A stretch of 63,657 bases of DNA, filler included. It is 16 parts of 16 records of this genome, joined end to end, with 100 filler letters (N's around TTAATTAATTAA, not from the genome) between each part and the next. Parts side by side here need not be neighbours in the genome. Positions count along the whole stretch, not along the records: positions 21,778 to 25,868 come from SRR15195285_20105; positions 25,969 to 29,142 come from SRR15195285_20248; positions 29,243 to 33,073 come from SRR15195285_20275; positions 33,174 to 36,447 come from SRR15195285_20374; 12 more parts are not named here. The stretch is one strand, 5' to 3'. A model generated the notes under the pieces. The model searched no databases, was not told where the DNA came from, and worked only from the letters and a program-made list of their open reading frames with translations. The first letter of the stretch is position 1, and every line of letters starts with the position of its first letter. Shown here piece after piece: positions 22,494-36,100 of the stretch. The translations under genes were made by a program, and so were the position numbers.

Positions 22494-25400
22494 TTACGCA
22501 AGTGTGACCACAATGTCTTGCATCGTCGCTAGCTCCGCCACTGCTTCACGAAAGTCAACCGTCTCTCGTGTGGCATTGAAATCACCCCAGCGCTTCCCAC
22601 CGACCGTCACTGTGCTAATCTTCTTGTGTGGGAACGCGGGTGACCGAATCCGTAGCTTGATCCCGCCGCTCGGCCAGCTCTGCTTGGCGTATGATGACGG
22701 CAGTGTGACATTCACCTTGTACAACGACTCTGAGGCCGCCTCGATTCGCAAGCTGACGCGCCCACCACGTGCTGAGGCGCCTTCGACCGCCACGACCTCT
22801 CCTGCCGCGAGCCATACACGTGGAATCGCCTTGCCGAGCCAGAGCGTGCGATTATGCGTGATGGCAGTGGGTGCGGTTGCACCGACGACTGTAGTGGGCC
22901 AGGGATGAGCGCTTGCGCTACTCTCCCAAACGAACATGAATTTCCTGTGTACAACATATGAACCGCTCAAAGGCGTGCAAAACGACTCATGTGAGGCTGT
23001 TTGCAGAGGGACAACTCACAGATCAGGCTTCACGCAGACTGTGGAGGTACCACTGCTGGCAGCTGTACGGGGAAACCCTGCAACTTCAGAGCAGGTCCAA
23101 GTCCCTCTCGTGCTCTCGTGTGACATCAGTCCAAAGTACCGAATTAGGAACCCTTCAATGTTGTCCTGCGATAGGCAGTCGGCGCCACATGCCCAACCAT
23201 CGACGCGAGTCTGCACGGCTGTAGGGTCGTAGCTGTAGTCATATATGTCTTGGAACATCGCCGGAGGCAGCACTGCCCGAGCCGCCTGGCTAGCGGCCAT
23301 GGCACCACACATGACATCCGCTGTAGGCTTTGAAAAGTGCGGGCGTGGTGCCGGATTCTTGCACGAGATCCAGCCCGGGTGGCAAGGAATGCAGCTAATG
23401 TTCCGTCCGTTCACCAGCTTGTCTTCACCCGAAACCTTGCTCCGCTGCATCGCTGTCAACACATCATCTCTCAAGTCATCTGCCTCCCGCAGCAGCGCCT
23501 TCGCCTCCTGCGTGCGGTTTAAACCAGGGAACTGTGCGAACACCTCAGCAATCTCTCTAAATGCAACGATTGTGTGAAACGCAATATCAAAATCTGGCAG
23601 CTGCGTCACACAGTCGTGTTTGCCGTCGGCTTGTGAGCCGCTGCGGGGGAAGTTGGCATTGGTGCCATACGTGGTGCCACATTCAATCGTTGTGCCGGAG
23701 TCGTCATCCACCGTATTGCCAGTAGGGATTCCGTACGCGGGAGAGCTCTTAGGCAAGGTCTTGGCATGCGCCCGCACTGCCCGTAGCTGGTTGACCAGCA
23801 CCATAATGGTATCATGGTGCCGTGTGAAGATCTCAGTTGGATCACCAGTGTAGTGCCAGTAGAGCGCAAATAGTATCAGCTGCTGAGAGCGTGTGATTTC
23901 GTCCGGTCCTCGGTATCTGCAGACCAAGCGTAATGTGATTAGATATAAGAGAAGTCATGCGCACGGCGGGTACAAACGAGTCCCAGCTCCGTAGCTGGCC
24001 AGAAAGCGGATGGTGCTGATAGTGCTGATCATCTACTGACGGCAGCTCACCTGATACCATCGTAGCGCATGCCGTATCGGAGAAAGTTCTCCATAACGCC
24101 ACGCGACCAATCAAAAGCACCGGCATGTAGGCCCATATTTAGGGAGGCGACGATAGTGAGGTCACAGTTCCAAGTGGCCGGATGGCCATAAACATTAGGG
24201 AGAACACCGTATTTCGGGAACCAAGTGTTCATCCTGATGATCTGGTCTCGGACCAAGTGATGCCATGTGTGATGCGCCAGCCGCATGCCGTCCGTTCCAT
24301 TTCTGTTCGGAAGAAAAAACTTGGTCGTTCCCTCGAAGGCCATGGTGTTGTCCCAGAACACCTTCGAATCTAGCAGCGCCTGATAGAACCGTGCGGCGAC
24401 TTCTGAGCCCGCCGAGTGGCCCATCCCCGGCACTGGTGTGGACGGATCGACCCCGTCCAGCGATCTGTATCCATAGGTGTCGTAGTAGCGGGCGTCAATG
24501 ATGTCACCGGTGGCATTATACTTGCTTATACGGAAGAACACGTCCCTGTTACAGCCAGGTATACCATGAGACGCCAGACTCAGCAAGCAAAATCGATGTA
24601 TCGCGTCTGGAGGGTCAGGAGATCGGTGATACGACTACTCACTGCCACATATTCCCACCCATGTCCGGCACAGGTACTGCCGTGTACTCTACCCAACCAC
24701 CAGTGCTCGTACCCTGCTCCTTCACTGAGCCCATGAGGTTGCTGTGATTTTTACAGTGGTTGCAGCAGATGGACTTCGGATGGTTCACGCATGCCCTGCC
24801 GCAGCCAGGGCCACCAATTGGCGGCGTGGTCGTCGTGCACGGCTTGTACCCAGCCGCACAGCTGCAGTGGGGCAGTGGTGTTGGTGGTCCTGGTGCGGGT
24901 GGCGGCGGTTCTGAACACTGGTGCGGGTCAGTGTTCGAAGGGCAGAAAGTGCGCCCGGGATGAGCAGGGCAGGGCTTGCGCGGGACAGGGCAGGCGTGGT
25001 TCCCTCCGGCTTCGTCGCCGGCAATCTTGTAGTGAAAGCTGACCACGGGCAGGTAATCACCCCATAAGCCTTCGCGCTGCTCATAAATAGACATGCTATC
25101 TTTGAACGTGGCGGTAGAGCGGCCGTACTTGCCATGAAATTGGTTCATCGACGGATGCCCCGCATTTCCCACGTCGCCAGCGTTGCTGTCAAATGCCACG
25201 TCGACGCTCGCGCTGCGCGAGCCGACCCAAGTGTGGACGTTCCAGCCACCTGGCTGGGGGCCCCAGGCCTTTCCCGTCGAGTGAGCTGGGTCTTCCTTGT
25301 TGTAACCACCGTCATATACCATGGCAGGGTACATACTGTCAACCTGCTGCAAGCTCGGGTCGGTGCCAGCTGCGGCCGCCTGCTGCAGCAGCGTCGTCAC

Positions 25401-25739
25401 GCCCAGTCTCTGCACTCCACTGAACCCCAAGCCAAGGTAGCAACCAGCGCTGGCGTTGTGTGTCTGCCCCTTACAGCCGTACATCTGTTCGGAGGTTTTG
25501 TTTAGCACCACCCGCGTGCCGTTTGCAGCAATGTATTCCAGACGGCCCGCTGGCACCATTGCTCCGTAGGCATCGATCGACAACGTTCGCTCGCAGACCT
25601 GCCAGGTGCCGTCTGGTGTGGCACCGACGGCCAGCGTGCCGGCAGGGCACAGGCTGCTGTGAGCGGCACCGTCGGCTGCGTCAGCGCCAACTAGCGGCCG
25701 CAGCAACAGCGACAGCGACAGCACTGTCACGTACACCAT
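22494..25739 (-). CDS. Secreted putative six-hairpin (alpha/alpha)6 glycosidase-like protein of bacterial type; 4 exons
   Basis: Signal peptide. Introns 24642-24546, 24050-23917 and 23050-22997. Conserved-looking blocks FPKYG, YRGP.E, YWHYTGD, TRGTWT..E, and a C-terminal LWLGKAIPRVWL sandwich typical of six-hairpin GHs. Confidence 0.65.
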
Positions 25740-26262
25740 GTGAAAGCTCTAACGCCGTACGCGGGGCGACAATATGCAATCGTTGCATCCCCTGTCCCCC
25801 TGTGCCCGCGCGCGCGCGTGCGTATATGTATTATCATATAAGGGCTATACCCCGAGATCACTACAAAANNNNNNNNNNNNNNNNNNNNNNNNNNNNNNNN
25901 NNNNNNNNNNNNTTAATTAATTAANNNNNNNNNNNNNNNNNNNNNNNNNNNNNNNNNNNNNNNNNNNNAAAAGTTGAGGAATCGGACGATTTTTGCACTT
26001 TCTCTCGCGATCTACAATCAACACTCCGCAGGTGTAGCAGGAGGGACCCTACCATGGCAGTACGGTACGAATGCTACAGAAATGGTACCATTTTCCAGTA
26101 CAGACTGCAGAAACATTGAACAATCAGCAAAGAAAAATACCTCGGCGCTTGATTTTGCATGAATGACATTGACAAGGGATGAGAATCGACCGGCGGTCCG
26201 AATAGTGAATTCGCGGAACGGCCGGTGATGGAACTCAGGAACTGTGGCACGCGACTGCTCAC

Positions 26263-26305
26263 GGCAGCGATGGCGCACGTAGATGGCAGCGATGGCGCAC
26301 GTAGA
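26263..26305. repeat. 22-bp tandem duplication
   Basis: ggcagcgatggcgcacgtaga(t) x2. Confidence 0.8.
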
Positions 26306-26504
26306 CGGTGCGTGTAGACGCCTATGATGGTTACGACGTAGCATTCGCGGTACGAGAGCTGCTCAGGGGGGGGAAGGGGGGTAGTCTGCCCACTGGTCAG
26401 CAGCATACTGCTCCTGCTTTGCTCGCATTGCCGTTGTCATCGCCGGTGCTGCCAACCTGGTGCACATCCCGGCTTGTCGACTGGCGCAAATGTGGAGAAG
26501 GGCG

Positions 26505-28473
26505 ATGCAGCCAAGGTCATGGGAGGTGATGTGTTGCTGTTGCGTGTTCGCTGCCCTGACGTCAGCAGTGGAGCAGGAGGAAACAGAGGCTGACGCGACG
26601 CCATGGGCAGATCAGCCCGATCCAGGCGACCTGTCGACGCGGGTGCCGATATTTTGGGCAGCTGTTATAATCCACGCGCTCGGCCTGCTTTTTGTGGCGG
26701 CATCGCTGTGCACGTGTGCACACAACAAGTCGTTCACGGTCCCTGTGGCGTTGCTAGGTGCTGTGTGGTTCACCGCCCTTGACTGGGCGCTTCCTCTCGC
26801 GGAGCTGGACCTGTTCGGTAGTGCGTGGCTGTTCCACATCGTGCCGCCCGATGGAATTCTGGATGAGTGCAGCGAAATCAACGAGTGCCAGACTCTTGAT
26901 GCGGCGCGGGCGGCCGGTCCCGGTGTCCTTGTGTGTGCTGTGGCAATGTGCGCTCCTCCTGCGGAGTTCCTCCCTGCGACTGGCGCCTGCCGGCTGCCGT
27001 ACGGAATCATCCCGAACGAGCTTGAGCAGGCGCGTGAGATGTACGTGCGTGTCCAAGGTGGCGACGGTTCTGGTGGGGCGCGCTCAGTCGTGAAGACAAG
27101 GCTCTCAAAGAGTGCGGATTCCACGTACGACTGGGATTGGCGTGCAAGCACGCTCTCCACGCTGCTCGACAACAAGCAGGCCCTCATCCGAGTTCTACGG
27201 TATGCTCGCACCCGCGCCACAGATCACACAATGCCTGTGCCTCTGACCCTCGTTGGCGTGCTCACAGCAAGCCGATCATCGGAAACTGAATGGCTTGCGT
27301 GTCGTATGCAGCTCGCAGAGCGGCATGGGGTGGAGCGAAGCCCAGCGTGACTCGCAGTACGCCCGAATCCAGTATGCCAACGAAGAAATCGTCGCAGTCC
27401 GCAAACAGCGACTCGAGGAGATCGACTCGCGTTGCATCATCTTGCCGAGTCGCCCGACACGAGTGCAGATGGATGTGTATAGTTTTGATCGGTGGGGTGC
27501 AGATCAACACTTGGGCCGGGTCACTCTGCCTCGGTTGCAGACGTGGGGGCAAGCTGCAAATTGTGGGAATTTTGGACAGCGAGGCACCGAGGTCGTTCCA
27601 GGAGCGCCTCACACGCTCGCATCGTGCCAGGCCATATGCAGCGCCACTACGGGCTGCCATACCTTCTACCATGGTGTTGAGACTGGTTCTGAGCCTGGGC
27701 ACTGTGTGCTGGAGGTTGGGAATACCGACTGGGCATGCTTGCTGGTGCCCTCCAGACGCGACTATCTGTCGTACTCCATGGGCACGGTAGGTGCAGCGCC
27801 ACTGGTTGATCACTGGCTGAACTTGGGGCCGCCTGACAGCAATACGAGTACGCGCTGCACGGAATCGCCGTGCCTTAGGATGCTTGTGTACGATCAGATG
27901 TGGGCGCAGTTCAAGATCTACGATGCTGATACCAGTGGTGCGCATGCTTCTCAGCATATCCATCTGTATGTGTGTGTTTGCCAGGCGGCTGCGCTCAACG
28001 CATCTATGGGCGTGGCCGTGGGTTCAGGAGTCTTGGATCCTGTGGAGCTGCGGCAGATGCTGATGTCCTTGCCTGCGATGAACTACTACTCCAATGCCGA
28101 CGGTGCAGGCGTCGAGGACGAGGAGGGACTGGATCCCGCTGCAGCAGAACAGCTTGCATCGACTGTGGAGCAGCTGCTGGAGGACCATGACAGTGACGCA
28201 GGTGCGCCATTTACGCCGCCCCCCATAAAATTACTAGAGTGACTCTAATCGCTGCAGTGTCTACATTTGTGTGTGCGCGCTCGCTCAGACGGGGCAGTAA
28301 GCGTCGTCGAGCTGGAGACGCTCTGGGCGGAGCGTTCTCTTGTGGAAACGCCAGCGTACTTGGGGACCCACCCACTGCGAACGGGCGACACGTGGCTGAG
28401 CGTGTGCGCGGGTTTCGGCGTGCTCGTGGTCGGGCTCTTGATCGGCGGCTGGGGTAACCCTGAGATCGACTAG
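26505..28473 (+). CDS. Membrane protein with C2-like fragment, PAN-like module and EF-hand pair; multi-exon
   Basis: N-terminal TM helices; VYSFDRWGADQHLGRV (C2-like); CQAICSATTGC (PAN-like). EF-hand DADTSGVLDPVEL is restored by intron 27938-28027, and a second EF-hand is split by an intron near 28202. C-terminal TM. Confidence 0.55.
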
Positions 28474-28608
28474 CGTATTGTCGGTAAAATGTCCGGGTTT
28501 CACGCTCCGCATTGTCCGGTTTTCACACTCCTTTTGTTGAGATATCCTTACGTACCACCCGCGCCTCGGGTACGCCACGCAGCACCCCAACACACATCAA
28601 CTAGGGAC

Positions 28609-28921
28609 TTAGTGGTGGTCGTCGACGTACTCGTGGCGCACGTCAAGCAGATCCTTGGTGCCGTCGCCCCACGGCAGCGGCTTGTTGCGGATCTTCAGGT
28701 ACGGGTATTCCGGCGGCTTGTGCATGTGCTGGTGCTCCCTGCGCACGCACGGCGAGCAGACACGAGTCAGCCACGCGCGCCTTCGCCACCCTACGGCGCG
28801 GCCGACGAGCAGGGAGGGAGGGCGCAGCGTCGGGGGACGCACGAGGCCAGCCAGTTCAGGAAGACGCCTGCGACGAAAACCGTGCCGACACCGGTGATCT
28901 TCTTCCACAGTTCCACTTCCT
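28609..28921 (-). CDS. COX6A: Cytochrome c oxidase subunit 6A (Cox13), last two exons; 5' part lost at contig end
   Basis: EVELWKKIT + TM, intron 28842-28739, then EHQHMHKPPEYPYLKIRNKPLPWGDG, the COX6A signature (YPYL.IR.K..PWGDG). Confidence 0.92.
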
Positions 28922-29487
28922 CTGCAACGACGACGCGTACGGGTAAGTCCAAACGCACGCGAAGAGAAGCTTGCGTACACACGCAGCACCCGGTCAAGTC
29001 CAGCCCCGCCGCACCGTCACCCGCCCTCCGCCCCATTTGGGGTTGCGCAACGCTACGGGCTTCGATCTACGATCGCTGAAAAGCGAGCGCAACGGAGCTT
29101 TTGCCCCTTCTTCCCGACCCCCCCCCCCCCCCCCCCCCCCCCNNNNNNNNNNNNNNNNNNNNNNNNNNNNNNNNNNNNNNNNNNNNTTAATTAATTAANN
29201 NNNNNNNNNNNNNNNNNNNNNNNNNNNNNNNNNNNNNNNNNNCCCCCTGAGACACCGATTCGTTCGAGAGTACTGGTATTCGTGCTTTCCGCCAAGAGGC
29301 ACTCTCCCATGTCCCAACGAATCCAACCAGGCTCTGATTCGACTGATCTCTCTCGATCACGGATCAGGTGAGGGAGCGGGCGGTGGTCGTCAGGAGCGGC
29401 TTCTCCTTCTGGCGGCTGACGTGTTCTGTGTAGAGGCGTTGGCGTGGCTGTGGCGCCCCCCCCTTCCCCTGACGGCTGTGGCCCCCG

Positions 29488-30445
29488 ATGTCCTGCTCGG
29501 TCTGCTGCTCGAAGAACACGCTGCATGTCCTGAACTTGGTGGACCTGGTGCGCGAGCACAGATGGCCTGCAAGGAGCCTTCCGCCGCTCGCCGCCGCACG
29601 TTTGCAGTGGTCGTATCGGTGGCTGTGTGCCGTGAGCTACTCGACTAACTGGGCCAGGACACTCGTTGCAGGTGCTGGGCCTCATCGTCGGCTTGTTCGG
29701 TCTCTTGCTCTTTTTAAAATGGCATATGATGTCCCTCATCTGGCTGTGGGCGCCCCTCATCGGTATTGGGGGAGTGTCGGTGCTGCTCGTCTTCACGAGC
29801 GAGTGCGGCGTTTACGCCAGCAAGAACTGCGGGTGCCTCGTGAGCCTCTCGAACATGTTTGGGTTGATCGTGGGTGGCATCGAGCTGGTTGCCGCCATCG
29901 TACGTCCGCACAGACCAACGTCCACACCATGCTGGCTGCCGTGATCACGTCATGCCCAGCTGACACCACACCCTCCGGTTGCTGTCGCACCACGCTGCGC
30001 CACGCAGACGATTCTGGTAGCAAGGACCTGGGTGAATGGCAAGGTAATCGCTGACCTGTCGGAGGAGATGCGCAAAAACTGCGAGGCTGCAACAGCGTCG
30101 GAGGATTTGTGCTTGGCGGTTGCAAAAATCGGCAGCCGAGCCGCATGCACCTGGACAGAGGAGGGCGCAGAACCCCGGTGTACTTTCAGCGCAATCCCCG
30201 ACTCATCCATCAACGAATGGCTCCAGTGGACGATGATTGCTCTTTTCGGTTTAGCCTTTGGGCAGCTGATTCGTTTACTAAGCAGCCACGTATTCCGCAA
30301 AGCCACGAGGGACCAGGCTGACATTGCAAACTTCGAGGATCCGTTCCTCGCGAACGACTCTTACGACCGCTGGTCGAAGTATTCGGCGAGCTATCGCGAC
30401 CCGGATCGACCCGCATCAAGTCGTCGAGACCGGTGGGGTAACTGA
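29488..30445 (+). CDS. Tetraspanin-like 4-TM protein; 3 exons
   Basis: CSKNTLHVLNLVDL|VLGLIVGLFG as TM1, TM2-3 with CG..ASKNCGCL, a Cys-containing loop, then TM4. Introns 29548-29671 and 29900-30007. Confidence 0.65.
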
Positions 30446-30638
30446 TGACACGTAGTGTGGCAGGCGGCTGGGACTATACTTCCGCGGGGAGCTAGATGCG
30501 AGATGGGCGGATCGTCAAGTGGACACGAGCGGACTGGCTGGTGACTCGAATATGGTCTGTGCATGCGTTTTTTCATCACACTGTACGCAAATGCCCATCT
30601 TTGTGAGGTCGGTTTCCTGCCGAAGGGGCCCAGCGCAC

Positions 30639-32873
30639 TTACTCGAACGCGTAGGAAAACAGGGTCGCTCCACCACTCAGCTCCATGTGCAACACCACAG
30701 TCTGACCGTGTGCGGCTAAAAGCTTTGAGCTCGCGACCTTGTCATTCCAAATCACCGCGATGTCTTGTGATGCGCCACCCCCAGTATTTTCAGAGGCAAA
30801 GGGTCGTACGACACCGGTGAGAATACGTGTGCCGTCCAGACTTTCAACGTGCACTGTGATCGATGCTGCTGCCTCCAGTGCATGTTGCGCATTTGCACGT
30901 GTCGCGATGCGGAGCCGGAGCTTAGTGCTAGAAACATCTATCGGTGCGGTGCGGAGAGAGCCAGCTCCATTTGGCGCGATCGGCGTAAGACCAGCCAGGC
31001 CATCAGTCGGGGCAGATCCGCGTGCGATCCAGTTGGCACGCCCATGCTCCTTGCCGCCGCCAGAATGTGGACCGTCGCCACCTGCAGCAAGCTTGCGTAA
31101 ACAGACAACCCAAACAGCAATATACAGGCCTGGACTAAGCATACGCGTGCGAGCACCAGGTGCGTCTCTTACCAGAATAGTATAGGAGGGTTGTGTTTGG
31201 GTCTGTCGGATGCAGCAGTGGTGGTGCAGCGTAGCACGTGTGCGAATCAAACTCGCCAGGCGCGCCGAGCGGAATGATTTCCTTGTGTGGTGCCAGACGT
31301 GTCCAAGTCTTGCCTATTCGATCGGCAACCAAGAATGAGTTCGGCCATTTTTCCACAGTGAAATACGCGCCTATAGCCCATTCAATCAAAGTCGAACGCA
31401 TGTGCGAGTGCAAATCGGCGCGCACCGTAATCAGTGGAGCGACACAGCTCGCACCGAACATATCCCTCCGGGTTCGTTGTCTCAAAGAAGGAGCCGATAC
31501 CAAGATAGAGTCCAGCGCGCCAGGTTGGCGCACGGTACGGCACGAGTGAATACATCTCATATCCATGTTCGCCGTGCAGCGCTTCGGTTGCCTTCGTCCA
31601 GGGCCCGCCCCAGCTATCGGCAGTAGAATGTGTCTCGCGTCTTACGCCCCAGCCTGTTGCGCGTGGCGGTACACGCAATGAAGTGTCAGATTCCCACATT
31701 TACTTACCCTTCAGGACCGAGGGTTGGTGGCGGGCCACGGAAACGATCGTAGTTCACTAACCACTCTCGTTGCAGGCCTTATTTGTACAGTGATTGCGAG
31801 AGAAGGCGATGTACTTCTTTATATCAGGGTCGTAGAGTGCATTGTTGGCTGTGTCTGCAGCAACATCCATTGATGTGGCAAGGGTAAGATCTTCCCAGAC
31901 CTTGCCATCGGCCGAGACCAGGGTCGCGACCCCGCCCCTACGCATACCAGTCTTTTGCGAGCCTGCATCGCCGAAGCTCCCTGTAGTGCAGCCCGATGGT
32001 CAGTATCACCTTGCATCTTGCGGAAGTTTAGGTGGTAGAACTCTTCTGTACTGGAAGCGCTCACCAAACATCTTGAAGCGGCGGGAGGCGTTGGTCTCGT
32101 GTACGTCGAGAAATACTCCGCGGTTGGGATCACTGTTCGTGTTCAGCACGATGTTGTTCTTGGTGGAGCCAAGGAATTCCACCAGCCCAAGGTCCGGCTT
32201 ATCCCATGCCACACCGTCAGAGCTCTCTGCGTAGTACGTCAGCGCAAGGTTCGAGCCGTCAAACTTCATGGTGGTGTAGTTATATCCAAGATGTGGACAC
32301 ATGCCGTTGTTCGAGAGTTTAGTTGGAGTCGTCGGGGCGAACGGGGCCACCACCGTGCAGGTCTTTGCATTCTTGCAGGCGCACCCACCGCAGCCATTGT
32401 ACCTGGCGTGGGTCGGATCGCTGCCTGAGCAAACCATCCAGGACGAAACAGCAGAGCGGGCACAGCGCAGCAGGAGTGCCAGGGGACCGACCGGGGGGAG
32501 GGAGGGGGGCGTCGCGGCGCACCACAGCTTGTACTTGGAGTCAGTCTTGTCATATGCGATGGTTGGGTAGGTGTTCCACCAAGCGACATCCCACGGTCGG
32601 TCCTCGCCGAAAAATGGGTTTCCGCTGTCCTTCTTCACTGGCCCGAGCTCCACGTGCAGTCCCTCGGTGCTGCCAGGCAGCAGACCGCGCGATTTAGCGA
32701 AGTCGACCACACCACCATGCGGGACAACAAATGTGGGAATGCCGCCCTAAATTCCCCACGCACGACGCTATCGCGGACGGATCGATGGCCAGCTGTGTCC
32801 TCCCAGCAACCACGCCGACGCGTGCGAGCGACAGAAGTGCCACGGCAATCGACGCGCTGACTGATTTTGCCAT
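30639..32873 (-). CDS. Secreted putative five-bladed beta-propeller glycoside hydrolase (bacterial type) with C-terminal sandwich; 7 exons
   Basis: Signal peptide from ATG 32873. Motifs NPFFGEDRPWD, YKLWY, YAESSDGVAWDKPDLGLVEF.GS..NNIV, SADGKVW, ADTANN..YD, IPLG.PGEFDS, LFSY.F. Introns 32763-32670, 32522-32403, 32064-31981, 31761-31654, 31425-31314 and 31172-31082. Confidence 0.75.
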
Positions 32874-33173
32874 GAGAGAGAAGTTTGATGTGTGCGTAGG
32901 CGACTATCACTATGCGCTATGAACAGCCCCCGCCCCCGCCGCCCCCGCCGCCACTGTGCGAGAGATCTCCCTGACTATACTTCGCGCGAACTTGAACGTC
33001 TGCTAGCCGCGGCGTACGCCTCGCTCGTATGGATCGCGGATACGGCAACCACAATGTGATTCCTGGGTCGGCGNNNNNNNNNNNNNNNNNNNNNNNNNNN
33101 NNNNNNNNNNNNNNNNNTTAATTAATTAANNNNNNNNNNNNNNNNNNNNNNNNNNNNNNNNNNNNNNNNNNNN

Positions 33174-36100
33174 CGAGCCTGAGCCCGAGCGAGGCCCGCA
33201 ACCTCGCGTACCGCTGCAGTCGCGGATCGACGCATGGCTCGAGGAGGTCGGCATCGGCCACGGCGGTGCGGAGGAAACCACGCGGCGGTTCGACGCGCGC
33301 GAATTTGTGATGTTTGCACGCTTGGAGTGTTTGCACCGTGTGTCATGCGACAGCATCTACCGCAAGTACATCGACGCCAAGATCCTTGCACCGCTATCGC
33401 TGCACGAGCTCGACATAGTGATCGACGAGATCTGCGACGAAATAGGCGACCGTATAGACGAGCTGGTCTGTCCGATCACGCTCGAAGTCATGTCTGATCC
33501 AGTCGTGGCGGCGGATGGCCGCACCTACGAGCGCGCTGCGATCAAGGATTGGCTGTCGTCTCACGATACGTCTCCGCTCACCAACCTTCCCCTGGAGCAC
33601 AATGACCTGCGAACAAATGACGCACTCCTCGCCATGCTGTCCAAATTCCATGCTTGGGACCCACTATCTGCAGCAGCGCCCGGCGACAGCCTCAAGGCAG
33701 CCATGCCCCTGGAGCATGCGGTGCTGGAGAAAGCTCGGGCCTTGCTGTCTAATGTACAGGCACTCCAGGCAGAGCTCGCGCGCGTGCTACCGGAAGACTA
33801 CAGCGCCGCAGCCCTTGCCGCTGGTTGGACGGCAACACTGCAGCAGATGGTGAAGCCGTTTGTTGTGGGTGTGTTTGGGGAGGATCTTGCTGGCAAGTCG
33901 TCGCTGGTGCGGGCGCTGGATTTGGAGCGTGAGAGAGAAGACGGTCAATTCTCCGACCACCAGTACCTTTCGCGCCGGCTGACATTCGTCGAGTGGGCCT
34001 CCGCCGCCTCTGGTGGCACCGAGCATCGGTATGATGTGAGCGTCTGCGTCGTCGATGCTGCACAGGGCGCAGCCGATGGCGACGCTGGAAACGAGACTGC
34101 AGATGATGAAGAAGAGACGCTGCTCGCTGACCTTCCGGCGGAGGTAACAGCGCAGGAGCGGCAGCAGCTACTCGTGAACCTCCGCGCGGCTCGCAAAGAG
34201 ATGGTTGCATCGGCCACGGACAAAGTATGGGGCGATCAGGACAACAGCACTGCAGCAGAGAATCCGCGAGGTCTCAGCCACGCGCTTGTCACCGCAGGCT
34301 GTTGCGGCGTGCGAGTGCTGGTCGCAGTCAACAAGATGGATGCAGTTGATGCATCTGCGGCCGACAGAGTTCGCACTCAGTTGGAAGCGTCATTGTACCA
34401 GATCTTTAATGAGGACGACGACACTGGACGAATCGCGGTCGTCGGGGTCGGAAACGACGAGGCACCAATGCATTCAGCACCAAGCACTTTGGCTGCAGAC
34501 CTTGCACCTCAGGTGCGCTCTTCTAGTCAACCTCGGCATTCGTTTGGTCCGCTTCTCTGACTTCTGAAATTGGTATTGGTTCGATGCAATAGGACATCCA
34601 CTTCATCTCGGCACGAGCAGCTTGCGATCAACGGGAGCGACAGCAGCAGGAAGAGGAAGAAGAAGAGGAAGTGTGGAGGGCCGGTTTTGAAAGGCTGTGC
34701 GAACAGATCCGAGCTGCTTTGGATGATGCCATTCAGGCTCGCACACAGGTGCGCCCTGTTACGTATCCATTGTTCTCATGTTGCATCAGCTAGCCCTGAA
34801 ACTCGAGAGGTGTTCTGGTGATAGGCTTTGAAACGGCTTGTGTCCGAGCTACACGAGCCGTTGTCTGGGATAAAGCACAAGCTCCAGTTCTGGGGCAGGT
34901 TCAAGCCGCTGGACACTTCATCACCTTCGCCCGCGGCTGCGAAAGCGGACACCATGGTTGGCAACAGTGACAAGCTGATTGGCATGCTGTACAACGAGGC
35001 TATTCTTGGCAACTCTGTTACCAAAGGAGCGATCCAACTCGCCGATGAGGCGCGGGAGGCATGCGGCGGTGACACGGAGCGGGCCGTGTCTTACCTTGCC
35101 AAGTGGGACGTCAGTGGCGCATTCGCTCGTGGCGCGGTGACAGGTGTGGGTGGCTTCACTACCATGCTAGTTGCAGTCCCTGCGTCAGTCGCAGCTAGTT
35201 GGCTTCTCGGCATGCGACTTGCATTCGCGGTACGCCCAATCTCTCCTCGTGGCATCAGGTTGCGAATTTCAAATGAAGTCGATCGGGATCATTGTGCGCG
35301 CAGATAGCCCATCTGGGTGGCTACGACGTTTTTGAGCCTGCGACGTGCAATCTAGCGTTTGCTGCATTGACTGGTGACAGTGCAATCGCAGCTGTTGAGT
35401 TGTCTAGTGATGAGGCAGCAACTCCGACAAAGGGACCGCAGCAGGTCGCGCAGGCTGTCGGGCAGGAGCAGCTGCAGCGGGCACTGGCAGCGGCAGGTGC
35501 GTATGATATCGGATTTCTAGCCGAAACAGACCCGAAGATACTAGAAACAATTCAGTAGCATTTTGTGAAAAAGTTACCTAGAATCTGATAAAACGTATCG
35601 GGGTGACAGCTAGCCGTGGTCTCTCTGAGGCAGCTGCCACGGAAATGGCAGAGCAGGCAGCGAAGCGAGCGACACAGGCGGCATTGCAGCGGTTGACCCA
35701 GCAGGAGCTGGCTGAGGCTGCGGGCACCAAGCTGTTGGCTGCGGTGCGTCGCAGCTGAAAAGTTGTACTCACCCAAGCACTGAGTCATCATTGCACTGCT
35801 AAAATAACAGGAATTCGCTGTGCCAGGGGGCAGGACGTTCGCTGGCCAAGGCCATCCCGCTTATCGGGGCAGCCATCAGTGGTGCAGTCGAGTTCTTTGT
35901 TGCCGAGCAGGTTGCAAAGCGTGCCAAGGCCACGTTCGTGCCGGTATGTTCTAAGCATTTGCATTGTGCGACAGCAAGTTTGATGCCTTATTCATACTGC
36001 TGGTGGTATAGGGCGATACAGATGTCGTCGGCGAATGCAGTTGGTGTCTTCAGGTGGTTACGCACACGCGCACCAAGGCATGTACTATGTCGCGCGATGT

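Noticed and set aside
23016-23018. In-frame TGA between two same-frame ORFs, suggesting selenocysteine or readthrough
   Set aside because: It falls inside a 54-nt GT-AG intron (23050-22997) whose removal keeps the frame.
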